Shown here: in pieces, positions 10,380 through 19,265 of the stretch
How the letters are laid out: the number at the start of each line of letters is the position of its first letter
Position numbering within the stretch: position 1 is the stretch's first letter
NCBI GenBank assembly: GCA_963736005.1
Contig: CAVTNB010000003.1
Coordinates: 128,001-192,000 of the forward strand
From: an uncultured Pseudomonadota bacterium
GTDB taxonomy: Bacteria; Vulcanimicrobiota; Vulcanimicrobiia; Eremiobacterales; Eremiobacteraceae
Direction of reading: 5' to 3'
DNA length: 64,000 nt
The notes under the pieces: generated by a model
The model's input: only the letters and a program-made list of their open reading frames with translations
The model's database searches: none
Told to the model about the DNA's origin: nothing
Program-made: the position numbers and the translations under genes

Positions 10380-11398
10380 CTTGTGGTGGGGCGAATCTCG
10401 GGCTGGGCGCCCCCGAGTTCCTGAACCTTGTGGCAGGCGACTTGATGCCCGTTATAGCTGAGCAGCTCGGGCACTTCTGTGTAGCAACGGTCGAACGCGA
10501 TTGGACAGCGGGTATGAAAGCGACAACCGCTCGGCGGGTTGAGCGGCGAGGGAATGTCGCCTTGCAAAATGATGCGCTCGCGCCGGGCTTCGATCCTCGG
10601 ATCAGGGATGGGGATGGCGGAAAGTAGCGCTTGCGTGTACGGGTGCAACGGCCGCTCGTACAACTGGTCGCGGCTTGCGACTTCCATAATCTTGCCCACG
10701 TACATGACTGCGACGCGATCCGAAATGTGGCGCACCACCGATAGATCGTGCGCGATAAAAAGGTAGGTGAGATCGAGTTGCTCTTGCAGATCTTGCAGCA
10801 AGTTGACTACTTGCGCTTGGATGGAGACATCGAGCGCTGAGACTGGTTCATCCGCCACGATAAACTTCGGATTGACCGCAAGGGCCCTAGCAACACCAAT
10901 GCGCTGCCGCTGGCCACCCGAAAACTCGTGCGGATACCGATTCGCATGATACGGTGACAAGCCGACAGTGCGCAGCAACTCGTGCACCCGCGCGTCTACC
11001 GCTTTGCCGCGTGCCAGACGGTGAATGATGAGAGGTTCTGCGACGATGTCGCCCACCGTCATGCGCGGGTTCAGGCTTGCGTACGGGTCCTGAAAGATGA
11101 TCTGCATTTCTTTGCGCAGCGAGCGCATGACTTTTCGAGGCACGTGGGTGATGTCTTGGCCTTCAAAGATGACGTTGCCACTGGTCGGCTCGAGAAGCCG
11201 CAGCACGCAGCGCCCTAGGGTCGTCTTGCCGGAGCCGGATTCGCCCACGAGGCCGAGCGTCTCGCCGCGATCGATCCTAAAACTGACGCCGTCAACCGCT
11301 TTGACGTCCGCGACGTGACGGGAGAACACACCGTGCGTGACGGGGAAGTACTTGACGAGGTCGCGGACCTCGAGGATTTGTTCTTTCTGGTCAGCCAC
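10361..11398 (-). CDS. oppF: Oligopeptide/dipeptide ABC transporter ATPase (OppF/DppF)
   Basis: [41 protein letters not shown]. Confidence 0.92.
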   Translation of the reverse strand: MADQKEQILEVRDLVKYFPVTHGVFSRHVADVKAVDGVSFRIDRGETLGLVGESGSGKTTLGRCVLRLLEPTSGNVIFEGQDITHVPRKVMRSLRKEMQIIFQDPYASLNPRMTVGDIVAEPLIIHRLARGKAVDARVHELLRTVGLSPYHANRYPHEFSGGQRQRIGVARALAVNPKFIVADEPVSALDVSIQAQVVNLLQDLQEQLDLTYLFIAHDLSVVRHISDRVAVMYVGKIMEVASRDQLYERPLHPYTQALLSAIPIPDPRIEARRERIILQGDIPSPLNPPSGCRFHTRCPIAFDRCYTEVPELLSYNGHQVACHKVQELGGAQPEIRPTTSVVADL

Positions 11399-12410
11399 TT
11401 TGCGCCGTCTTCTGCAGGCTCACGCTGCGCAGGTCAAGCGCTTTATCTTCCTTATATAAGACGCATCGGGCGATGTGTCCATCCCCGAAGTCGATCAAGG
11501 GTGGAGGCGTCGTTGCGCACTCCGGCAATGCGTAGCGGCAGCGAGCGGCAAACGAGCAGCCGGTCGGCAGGCGAAGCAGGTTCGGCGGTTGGCCGTTGAT
11601 GGGCACGAGTCGTCTTCGACCACCCTCGTCCAACCTCGGCAACGATTGCAACAAACCCAGAGTGTACGGGTGTTTGGGATCGCGGAAAATCTGATCGACC
11701 GTGCCATATTCCACCAGGTTGCCGGCATACATCACGAGCACTCGTTCGCACACTTCTGCAACCACACCCAAGTCGTGCGTGATCATAATGATGGCTGAGT
11801 TGAGACGCTTCTGCAAGTCACGCATCAAATCGAGAATTTGCGCTTGGATCGTCACGTCCAACGCAGTCGTCGGTTCGTCGGCAATGAGCAGTTGCGGATC
11901 GCACGCCAGGGCCATAGCAATCATCACGCGCTGGCGCATGCCGCCTGAGAACTGATGCGGATAGTTGTTAATGCGCTCTTCGGCCTCCGGGATGCGCACG
12001 ATCTCAAGCATTTCGAGTGAGCGTTGCATCGCATCTCGCTTGTTGCGATGTTGATGCAGCATGATCGTCTCGGCAATTTGATCGCCGACAGTGAGGACGG
12101 GATTGAGGCTGGTCATGGGGTCCTGAAAGATCATCGAAATTTTATTGCCGCGAATGTGACGCATTTGTGCTTCGCCGATGCGCAGCAAATCTTGACCATC
12201 GAATTCGATCGAACCAGCTTCGATGCGGCCCGGAGGCATGGCGATCAGCCGCATGATCGACAGCGCCGTGACGCTCTTGCCGGAGCCGGACTCTCCGACG
12301 ATGCCAAGCGTCTCGCCAGCGTTGAGCGCGAAGGAAAGGCCGTTAACGGCACGCACGATGCCATCTTCGGTCTTAAAGGTGACCTGGAGGTCCTTGACAC
12401 TAAGCAGCAT
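11391..12410 (-). CDS. oppD: Oligopeptide/dipeptide ABC transporter ATPase (OppD/DppD)
   Basis: [28 protein letters not shown]. Confidence 0.92.
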   Translation of the reverse strand: MLLSVKDLQVTFKTEDGIVRAVNGLSFALNAGETLGIVGESGSGKSVTALSIMRLIAMPPGRIEAGSIEFDGQDLLRIGEAQMRHIRGNKISMIFQDPMTSLNPVLTVGDQIAETIMLHQHRNKRDAMQRSLEMLEIVRIPEAEERINNYPHQFSGGMRQRVMIAMALACDPQLLIADEPTTALDVTIQAQILDLMRDLQKRLNSAIIMITHDLGVVAEVCERVLVMYAGNLVEYGTVDQIFRDPKHPYTLGLLQSLPRLDEGGRRRLVPINGQPPNLLRLPTGCSFAARCRYALPECATTPPPLIDFGDGHIARCVLYKEDKALDLRSVSLQKTAQSG

Positions 12411-12477
12411 GGGTCTTTCTAAGGCACCCCGCTCTAGAAGTGTGCCGACATTCCGATTGTCGGGTGATTTTTCCTAG

Positions 12478-12825
12478 TCAGCGGGTCACCAAGAAATAGG
12501 TGATCGCCAGAAAGACAAACGCGACGGCGACCCCGCCCGTAAGGCGCGTCAGTTGTTGATCGAATCCGATGCGGCCACGGTAGGCGGACTCCGAGCGGCC
12601 TCCGATGCTTCCGGAAAGCCCCTCGTTCTTCGTTGTCTGCACGGACATGAGCACGATCATTGCGCTGGCCACAGCAATGAACAGCGCCTGGATGATAAAG
12701 AGCAGAACCGGATGTTGCGAGCCGGCTGAGACTGGATTGAACTGAAAACCCGTTGGGAGCGCAAGTGGTATCGGCGTTGGCGCGGCAGCCGCGGGTGTCG
12801 CTGCGAGCACAAAAAATGAGAGCAT
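12478..12825 (-). CDS. secG: Preprotein translocase subunit SecG with N-terminal extension
   Basis: Two TM helices around Q..K.EGLSGSIGG and LTRLT. Confidence 0.8.
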   Translation of the reverse strand: MLSFFVLAATPAAAAPTPIPLALPTGFQFNPVSAGSQHPVLLFIIQALFIAVASAMIVLMSVQTTKNEGLSGSIGGRSESAYRGRIGFDQQLTRLTGGVAVAFVFLAITYFLVTR

Positions 12826-12850
12826 GCCACTCGGCTTCGTGCGGACAAAG

Positions 12851-13630
12851 TTAGGCCCCTTTGGTTTGGCCCGCCGCACCTGTGACGTACGACGCCTCGC
12901 GCTCGCGCAAGAACCCGATGACGTCACCTGAGATCGTTCGTAGATACGGGGGCAGGGTCAGCAGATGGCGGCCGCCCGGATACACTCGGACGTGCTTTTC
13001 TTGGCTCGCGACGTGGGCAGCAATAAAGGCAGCATTTGCCGCTGGCACGGTTTGGTCGCCCCGGCTGTGAATCACGAGTAGCGGAGCCGTGACGCGCGGC
13101 AACTCATTGCGCACGATTGTCAGCACGTCTAAGAAAACGCCAAGCGATGAAAGTGGAGTTGTGGTGTAGCCTACAACCTCGCCTCGCCACGCGGCATAGT
13201 TGCTGATCACCCTTCGACGCGGCGCCCAGCGCATGGCGATGGGCACGGACAACGAGAGCAGCCTGCTCATGAACACGGGTGTCGAAATCGTCGCGAGGCC
13301 CGCCACCTCGTGGTGCGCGGCCAGATGCAGCCCAAGGGCGCCGCCCATCGAAAGACCGACGATGTACACGCGCGCGAAACGTTCTGCTGCATCAAGATAC
13401 GCCGCTTCGACCGTTGCGAAGAAATCCTTGGGCGTCACTCCCACGAGATCATCCGGCGACGTGCCATGACCAGCGAGCGCCGGCGCTATAACACCGAAAC
13501 CCGCGGCATGCAGATCCGCTCCAAGCTCGCGGATTTCAGAGCAGCTTCCTGAAAAGCCGTGCAGCAGCACCACGCCCGCGCTGCTGCCTTCAAATGAGAA
13601 CGGCTCGGCCCCCGGCATGTAATCGCGCAT
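12851..13630 (-). CDS. Alpha/beta hydrolase, carboxylesterase (YvaK/monoacylglycerol lipase-like)
   Basis: LLHGFSG, GLSMGG nucleophile elbow, D..V and His of the triad. Confidence 0.88.
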   Translation of the reverse strand: MRDYMPGAEPFSFEGSSAGVVLLHGFSGSCSEIRELGADLHAAGFGVIAPALAGHGTSPDDLVGVTPKDFFATVEAAYLDAAERFARVYIVGLSMGGALGLHLAAHHEVAGLATISTPVFMSRLLSLSVPIAMRWAPRRRVISNYAAWRGEVVGYTTTPLSSLGVFLDVLTIVRNELPRVTAPLLVIHSRGDQTVPAANAAFIAAHVASQEKHVRVYPGGRHLLTLPPYLRTISGDVIGFLREREASYVTGAAGQTKGA

Positions 13631-13651
13631 CGCGAGAGGTTCCTATTGTGT

Positions 13652-13678
13652 GAGCGGACCTAAAGGTCCGCTGCTACA
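13652..13678 (-). repeat. REP family-1 copy
   Basis: gagcggacctaaaggtccgctgctaca. Confidence 0.9.
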
Positions 13679-13693
13679 CGGTCTGGTGAGTCG

Positions 13694-13702
13694 TGTTATA
13701 AT
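13694..13702 (+). promoter_or_regulatory. Extended -10 promoter (TGnTATAAT), probable leaderless start at 13710
   Basis: TGTTATAAT ends 7 nt before an in-frame ATG. Confidence 0.6.
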
Positions 13703-13709
13703 GAGGCGC

Positions 13710-14384
13710 ATGCGCGATTCGAAGGGGCCGCGGGCCGTGATCGACGCTCGTTCAGGTCTGGGTGAGAGCCACGACGTCATCGTCATTCGCGAGCATCGCG
13801 CAGTCGGAGAATTTGCCCGCAGCCTTTCGACCATTTTCAATCCGTTCATCTGCGCGACGGTGCTTTTTGTTATCGTTGCGCGCGCCTACTCCTCATCCAC
13901 TCTCCATTTCTGGGAACTGTCGTTTGCAGGATTGTTCTTCTTCACCATCGCGCCGATGCTCTGCGTGTTCTACCTCTATCTCTCGGGCAGGATTTCCGAT
14001 TTTGACATGTCCGATCGCTACGAACGCCACCGCGCGTTTATGGCGTTCGTCGTCGTCGACGCCATTGCAGCCCTTTTTCTCACGGCGGTGCACGCGCCGA
14101 CCGTGCTCATCGCCATCACGTGGGGCTACGTTGGCGCAACGCTCGCGATCATGTCGATCACGCGCTGGTGGAAGATCAGCACGCATGCTTTTGGGATCAC
14201 GGGTCCGTTCGCGGTCATGTTCTTGCTCTTTGGTTTGCAGGCGTTGCCATACGTCGCGATCGTACCGCTCGTTTGCTGGGCCCGCGTCTACATCCGCTCG
14301 CACACGGTCGCCCAGGTGCTCGCAGGCGCCGCGCTAGCGATCGTTTCAACTTTAGTGGTATTCCGGGTGTTTCACCTGATCTGA
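13710..14384 (+). CDS. PAP2-like multi-pass membrane protein
   Basis: About 6 TM helices; KISTHA and ARVYIRSHT..QV..G motifs. Confidence 0.75.
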   Translation: MRDSKGPRAVIDARSGLGESHDVIVIREHRAVGEFARSLSTIFNPFICATVLFVIVARAYSSSTLHFWELSFAGLFFFTIAPMLCVFYLYLSGRISDFDMSDRYERHRAFMAFVVVDAIAALFLTAVHAPTVLIAITWGYVGATLAIMSITRWWKISTHAFGITGPFAVMFLLFGLQALPYVAIVPLVCWARVYIRSHTVAQVLAGAALAIVSTLVVFRVFHLI

Positions 14385-15170
14385 AAAGTCCGCGTGCCGG
14401 ACTTGCGCTGACGTAACGCCGGCAAGATCATGCGCCCGGCGGACGAACTGCTCCACGCTCCCCGAAACATCAAAACGGACGGTACCATCGCCGGGTGCGA
14501 AAGGCTCGAGCAACGGAATCGCCTCGCGCGCGCACTGCTCGGCCGGATCCACGATTTTGACGTCCGGCTCAAGCGCTCGCTCGAACCACCGACGCAGCAG
14601 CGGGAAGTGGGTGCAACCCAAAACGACCGTATCGCAGCTTTCCTTTTTAAAGGGCAGGCAGTATTCTTCGACCGCCCTACGAGCTTCGTCTCCGTCCCAC
14701 GCTCCCGCTTCGACGAGCGGCACGAGACGCGGCGCGCCAACGGAAGTCACTTGGGCCTTTGGAAGCACGCGTTGTATCTTGCGCTCGAAGACGCCGCTGT
14801 TGATCGTGCTGGCCGTCGCGATAACGCCGACGCGCCCGCTTGTGGTCGTCGCAACTGCGGCGCGCACGCCGCAGTCGACAATGGGAAGGGTCTCCAAGTT
14901 TTGTGGCTCGTACCCAAAGCGGTCGAATGCGGAGCAGCTCGTTCCGCAAGCGATGACGAGCAGCGTAGGATCGTCGTGCACCAAGTGCGCAATGATTTGC
15001 CGTGCGAAACCTGCCACTTCTTCGAGCGGGCGATCGCCATAGGGCACGCGTGCGGTGTCCGCTGCATAGATGATGTCTGCATCCGGCACGGCGCGACGTA
15101 GCGCGGTGAGGACGGTCAGCCCCCCAAGCCCCGAGTCAAACATCGCGATACGGCGTTTGGTATTCGTCAT
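14352..15170 (-). CDS. murI: Glutamate racemase
   Basis: FDSGLGGLTV, VPYG, IACGT, LGCTHFP. Confidence 0.95.
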   Translation of the reverse strand: MTNTKRRIAMFDSGLGGLTVLTALRRAVPDADIIYAADTARVPYGDRPLEEVAGFARQIIAHLVHDDPTLLVIACGTSCSAFDRFGYEPQNLETLPIVDCGVRAAVATTTSGRVGVIATASTINSGVFERKIQRVLPKAQVTSVGAPRLVPLVEAGAWDGDEARRAVEEYCLPFKKESCDTVVLGCTHFPLLRRWFERALEPDVKIVDPAEQCAREAIPLLEPFAPGDGTVRFDVSGSVEQFVRRAHDLAGVTSAQVRHADFSDQVKHPEYH

Positions 15171-17197
15171 TTCGGTGGCGGGCCACCCGTAAAATCCTTC
15201 ACGCCCTGCGCAATGCCATCCGCGACGTGATCCAAAAATGATTGTTGAGAAAGCAACCGGGCATCGTGATCGTTGCTGAGGTACGCCGCCTCCACTAACA
15301 CCGCCGGCATGACCGTGTGATGAATGACGTAAAAGTTATTGCGAATGACTCCCGCATCGCCAGCGCCCGTATCCTTCACGACTTCGCCTTGCACCGCTTG
15401 CGCAAGCGAACGGGATCCATCCCGCCAGAAATATGTGGTGATCCCACTAGGATCGCTCGAAACCGATGCGTTGATGTGCACGCTGATGAAGAGGCGCGCA
15501 CCCGCGGCATTCGCGATGTCGCAGCGGGCTTGCAGCTCTTGCTTGTCGTTGCCGCCGGGATCGCCAACCTCGTAGTCGCCATCGCGAGTTAGCGTCACGT
15601 GCCAGCCGGCGCGCTCCAGGTCGGCTTTCAAACGCTTTGAAATGGAGAGCGTCAGATTTTTTTCGGTCAAACCCATGGATTCGTTGATCGCCCCTGGATC
15701 GTTGCCTCCATGTCCGGGATCGATCACGATAAGCTTGGGGTCCGCGGGCACGTAGGTTGAAAATGCCGCCGGTTGCGGCGTAGGTGGGGCAGAAATGAGG
15801 GCTCCGACGCCGCTGGACGGCGCATCAGCAGGTGGTGGGCTCGAACGAATATCGATGCCGAGCGCATTGGGCGTACCCTCGATAGCGCCAATGGCGACAT
15901 CGACAGGTTGTGTTGGATCGATTGCAATGCGCACGACGTGATCGGGCGTCAGTTCGTTCTGGCTAATCGTGACGGAACGGATGACCCCCAGCTTCACCAC
16001 GAGGTTTTCCGCCGGCCCAACGAGCTCGGCTTGTGAAACGTCGATCCAAAAGCGGTTGTCGGGGTCGGCCAAGCGGTGCCATTCGAAATTAACGGGCCCG
16101 GTGAGCGTCAGCGTGATGCGACTGACACCGGCCGCATCCGTCTGGGTCACATTCACGATCTTTTGCACTGGGGGCGCGCTCGGATTGGCTTGCGGTGATG
16201 CACCTGATGCAAGCGGGCTCGGGGAGCCCTGCGGCGTCACGAGGCTGCCGCTGTCCGTGACCTCCGGCGCAGGAACGGCGCTAGGCTCGGGTGCTGAAGC
16301 GGCAGGCTCGGGTATTGCTGTCGGCACCGGAGAGTTTTGCGGTGGCGCAGTCACCTGAGAGCTTGGCGTTGCGCTCAGTGAAACCGAAGGTGTGGCTGCA
16401 GTGACGGCGCCCAGCGCGAGATATTTATCCTCGCGTGCCAAAATCAGATCCATGGTGCAACTCGAGGTACGATGTGCGGCGAACTTGACGCCGTGGAGCG
16501 CATCAAGGGTTACAGCGGTAATAGGAAAGCCGGGCGGCCCTTGTTGTTCGATAAGGGCCGTCTTTGCTTCGCGTCCGCCAAGTTCGACTTTGTTGCCCGC
16601 AGCGTTCGAAAAGCCCGAAAAGGTGATCACGAGCATCGGCTTCTTCGGGTCACCTCCGTACGCAGCGCGCCACGTCAACGGAGCTGTGGCCTGAATCTCG
16701 AGAACCGTGCGACGCTGCCCGACACGTCGGGAAACCGAAACGATTTGCGGGGCGAACGCATAGCCGCCCTGAAAGCCGCGCTCGCTTAATCCGAGCGCTT
16801 GGCAAAGCGCGAGCAGCGGTATATAAAGATGGTCTCCGTCGTAGAACGGACCAAACGGAATGCCTAGTGACGTATCATCCACCGTCACTGCATTGCTGCC
16901 AACCGTGAACGTGACCAATTTGCCGTCTGCCCGAGTGAAGACGACAAATCTCGTGCCTGGTTGGTACTGGAGTCGTGCTCCGATGAGATCCAGCATGCTC
17001 TGCAAGCCACTGTCATCGGCGCGCACGACGAGTTGCCCCCTCGTGGTCGCAAGATTTTCGAAGCGCACGACGCGGCCAGCCACGTAGATGGAGCTGCGAT
17101 CTCCCGCAAGCGCGATCCCAACTGGTTGCGCGTTCGCTCCAGTTGCTGCCAAGAACGTTGCGATGAGAGCAAGCGCCAAGCACATCTGGCGCATCAT
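15167..17197 (-). CDS. N-acetylmuramoyl-L-alanine amidase (Amidase_3) with AMIN-like domains
   Basis: Signal peptide; IDPGHGGNDPGA, EKNLTL, FISVHINA, PAVLVE. Confidence 0.9.
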   Translation of the reverse strand: MMRQMCLALALIATFLAATGANAQPVGIALAGDRSSIYVAGRVVRFENLATTRGQLVVRADDSGLQSMLDLIGARLQYQPGTRFVVFTRADGKLVTFTVGSNAVTVDDTSLGIPFGPFYDGDHLYIPLLALCQALGLSERGFQGGYAFAPQIVSVSRRVGQRRTVLEIQATAPLTWRAAYGGDPKKPMLVITFSGFSNAAGNKVELGGREAKTALIEQQGPPGFPITAVTLDALHGVKFAAHRTSSCTMDLILAREDKYLALGAVTAATPSVSLSATPSSQVTAPPQNSPVPTAIPEPAASAPEPSAVPAPEVTDSGSLVTPQGSPSPLASGASPQANPSAPPVQKIVNVTQTDAAGVSRITLTLTGPVNFEWHRLADPDNRFWIDVSQAELVGPAENLVVKLGVIRSVTISQNELTPDHVVRIAIDPTQPVDVAIGAIEGTPNALGIDIRSSPPPADAPSSGVGALISAPPTPQPAAFSTYVPADPKLIVIDPGHGGNDPGAINESMGLTEKNLTLSISKRLKADLERAGWHVTLTRDGDYEVGDPGGNDKQELQARCDIANAAGARLFISVHINASVSSDPSGITTYFWRDGSRSLAQAVQGEVVKDTGAGDAGVIRNNFYVIHHTVMPAVLVEAAYLSNDHDARLLSQQSFLDHVADGIAQGVKDFTGGPPPK

Positions 17198-17685
17198 TGA
17201 ACGAACATCGCCCTCGTGAGTGGTTCATCGAGTTCGAATTGACCGCCGGGCAAGGCGGCAACGGTCTGGCCGCCCACGAGGACCTGCACGCGATTGATCC
17301 CGGGAAGAGCCGTCAAGGTATAGGTCAGAGACTTAAACATGCCCACTTCATCGCCACCCCCACGCTGAAAGAAACGTTCGACCGCGCCGGTGAGGTTCAC
17401 GACCGCAATCGTGCCTTGGATGCTTACCGTTGCGTACGTCCCGCGCGGAAATAGCACAACCGCGTCGCCGCCCTCGGGGGGGCCGGCAAAGAGCTGGTTC
17501 ACGGCGTACGACGCAAGCATCGTTCCAGACAGTTTTGGATCGACGGTAAAGGGAACGCGGACGAGATCGTTGCTGCCGGCTTTGCAGTAGTAGATCGTAA
17601 TCTCGTGAGGTGGGGGAAGGGTCGCGTGGCGGCTGCAGCCGGCGATGAGGAGTGCAACAAGGAGCGCGCTTGCGCGGACGCGGAT
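17194..17685 (-). CDS. GerMN-domain lipoprotein; apparent non-canonical ATC start
   Basis: Frame stays open upstream of the 17520 ATG through IRVRASALLVALLIAGC (lipobox); GerMN motifs LFAGP, SLTYTLT.LPGI..V..LV.G. Confidence 0.75.
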   Translation of the reverse strand: MRVRASALLVALLIAGCSRHATLPPPHEITIYYCKAGSNDLVRVPFTVDPKLSGTMLASYAVNQLFAGPPEGGDAVVLFPRGTYATVSIQGTIAVVNLTGAVERFFQRGGGDEVGMFKSLTYTLTALPGINRVQVLVGGQTVAALPGGQFELDEPLTRAMFVQ

Positions 17686-17707
17686 GAGACCTTCCCCCTC
17701 TGATAAT

Positions 17708-17731
17708 TAGTCGCGCGAATTTATTCGCGCT
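17708..17731 (+). repeat. REP family-2 copy after the tmRNA 3' end
   Basis: tagtcgcgcgaatttattcgcgct. Confidence 0.75.
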
Positions 17732-17743
17732 TCTTACGCGTGG

Positions 17744-18094
17744 TGGTGGAGGCGACCGGAGTTGAACCGGTGTCCGAAAAGTCTCCCACGAGAGCATCTA
17801 CAGGCTTATCTCGGGATTTTCACTCGCGACGCGTACTCCCCCGAGCGGGATTGCCGCGCCGCCAGCTTCGATTGATTTCCCGGAGGCATCGAAGCGCCTA
17901 CTCCCGGTATCCGTACTTTGTGACACTTGCGGGCCCGAGACGGCGCCGTTGCCCCGCAAGCGTGACGAGCCTAATTAGGCTGCCAGTGCGTATTCGCTAT
18001 TGGCGTTTATACGTTGTCCGATCGTTTTAGGAGGGCTCGGAACTCCGCCTGCTTCCCTCGCCAGAGCGCATCCCGTCGAAACCGTGACGCCCCC
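17744..18094 (-). ncRNA. ssrA: tmRNA; tag peptide ANSEYALAA (18004-17975)
   Basis: 5' GGGGGCG..GGTTTCGACGGG; 3' GGTTCAACTCC..CGCCTCCACCA; internal ORF GCC AAT AGC GAA TAC GCA CTG GCA GCC TAA. Confidence 0.96.
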
Positions 18095-18105
18095 GCGACC
18101 AACCT

Positions 18106-18134
18106 ATTCTACCTTATTCAGCGGGTCAATACAA
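18106..18134 (-). promoter_or_regulatory. Probable sigma70 promoter of ssrA
   Basis: TTGTAT, 17-bp spacer, TAGAAT just upstream of the mature 5' end. Confidence 0.6.
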
Positions 18135-18150
18135 GAACGCGCGTTCGAAT

Positions 18151-18795
18151 CTACGCCCCAGCGCTGGCGTGCCGGCGCCCGAGAAGGTGGTCGATCGCCA
18201 CAGCGATCATGCCGAGCACCAAAAACCCAGCCAAAATCATAGCTGCGTTCACAAACACCGTCGGATAGCCAAGCGCGTTTACGTCGGCAAAGAGATAGGG
18301 ATACTCACCCGTGCGCAATCCTCGGAGCACAGTCCAGCCGACGTATGCCAGCGGATAGATCAGCCACCAAAGTGGCGCAATCCATTTCAAAGTTCCTTTG
18401 GTCACGTACGAGAACCAGAAGAGAATGTAGAGGATTGGAACCGCGTCGTGCAAGGCGACATCGACGACAAGCTGCAGACCTGTTGGCTCCCAAAGCGCTC
18501 GCAGCAGCAGCGAATAGATCATCCCAACGACCGCAATGTACACGGCGGTCGCGGACGTCGTGCTCGGCCGCGTAAGGAACGTATCCTGTGTTCCTCGGGC
18601 CAGCAAGGCCGTTGTCACAATCGCGACCATCAGATTCGTGAGCACGGTGAAATAGCTCAAGGTCTTGACAATGCCGTGGACGGTTGACAATCCTTGGTTA
18701 AGAACAGCCTTCGTGGTCAAGAAGATCTGCAACGCCACCGCCAGCCAAGCCACGACCGTGAGGGCGATCAAAAGGAGGCGTTGCGGTTTCGACAT
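18151..18795 (-). CDS. Pr6Pr/FAR-17a-AIG1-like membrane protein
   Basis: SYFTVLTN, LHDAVP, YPLAY, YPYLF. Confidence 0.8.
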   Translation of the reverse strand: MSKPQRLLLIALTVVAWLAVALQIFLTTKAVLNQGLSTVHGIVKTLSYFTVLTNLMVAIVTTALLARGTQDTFLTRPSTTSATAVYIAVVGMIYSLLLRALWEPTGLQLVVDVALHDAVPILYILFWFSYVTKGTLKWIAPLWWLIYPLAYVGWTVLRGLRTGEYPYLFADVNALGYPTVFVNAAMILAGFLVLGMIAVAIDHLLGRRHASAGA

Positions 18796-18829
18796 TCCTG
18801 GTCAAACCACTAAGGCCGGAAGAACGCAG

Positions 18830-19201
18830 CTACTTCGAAAAGCGCTTGTCCTCTTCGGACACGTCGCGAATGATTAAGCTCACGATCCACGAGATCACCG
18901 ACAGGACGATCGCGCCCCAGAAGGCCGCCCAATAACCTGGGATGTGCCAGCCTGGCAGCCACCTCAGCACGAAATAAAAGATGATCCCGTTGATGATGAG
19001 GGTGAACAGCCCGAGCGTGACAACCACGAGTGGGCAACTGAGGAGCAGGAGAATCGGCCGCACCACTGCGTTGGCGACGCCAAGAACGAGCGCGCCAATG
19101 AGCGTATCTGTAATGGTGTCGGCGTGGATGCCCATGAAGTTGAACTTGGAAATCAGGAAAAGCGCAATAGCATTCACGAGAAGTCTGATAACAAAATTCA
19201 T
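18830..19201 (-). CDS. YvlD-like 4-TM membrane protein (phage holin family 4)
   Basis: LGVANAVVRPIL..L..PL..TLGLF.LIING. Confidence 0.85.
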   Translation of the reverse strand: MNFVIRLLVNAIALFLISKFNFMGIHADTITDTLIGALVLGVANAVVRPILLLLSCPLVVVTLGLFTLIINGIIFYFVLRWLPGWHIPGYWAAFWGAIVLSVISWIVSLIIRDVSEEDKRFSK

Positions 19202-19265
19202 GGGCCTAGGGTGCGGCGAAAGCGGGAGGCAGACCTGCCCGAAGCGGACTAGAGGAGGTGCGGGG

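Noticed and set aside
18830..19201. Prophage suggested by a holin-family gene near tmRNA
   Set aside because: YvlD-like proteins are common chromosomal genes; no integrase, att duplication or phage structural genes.
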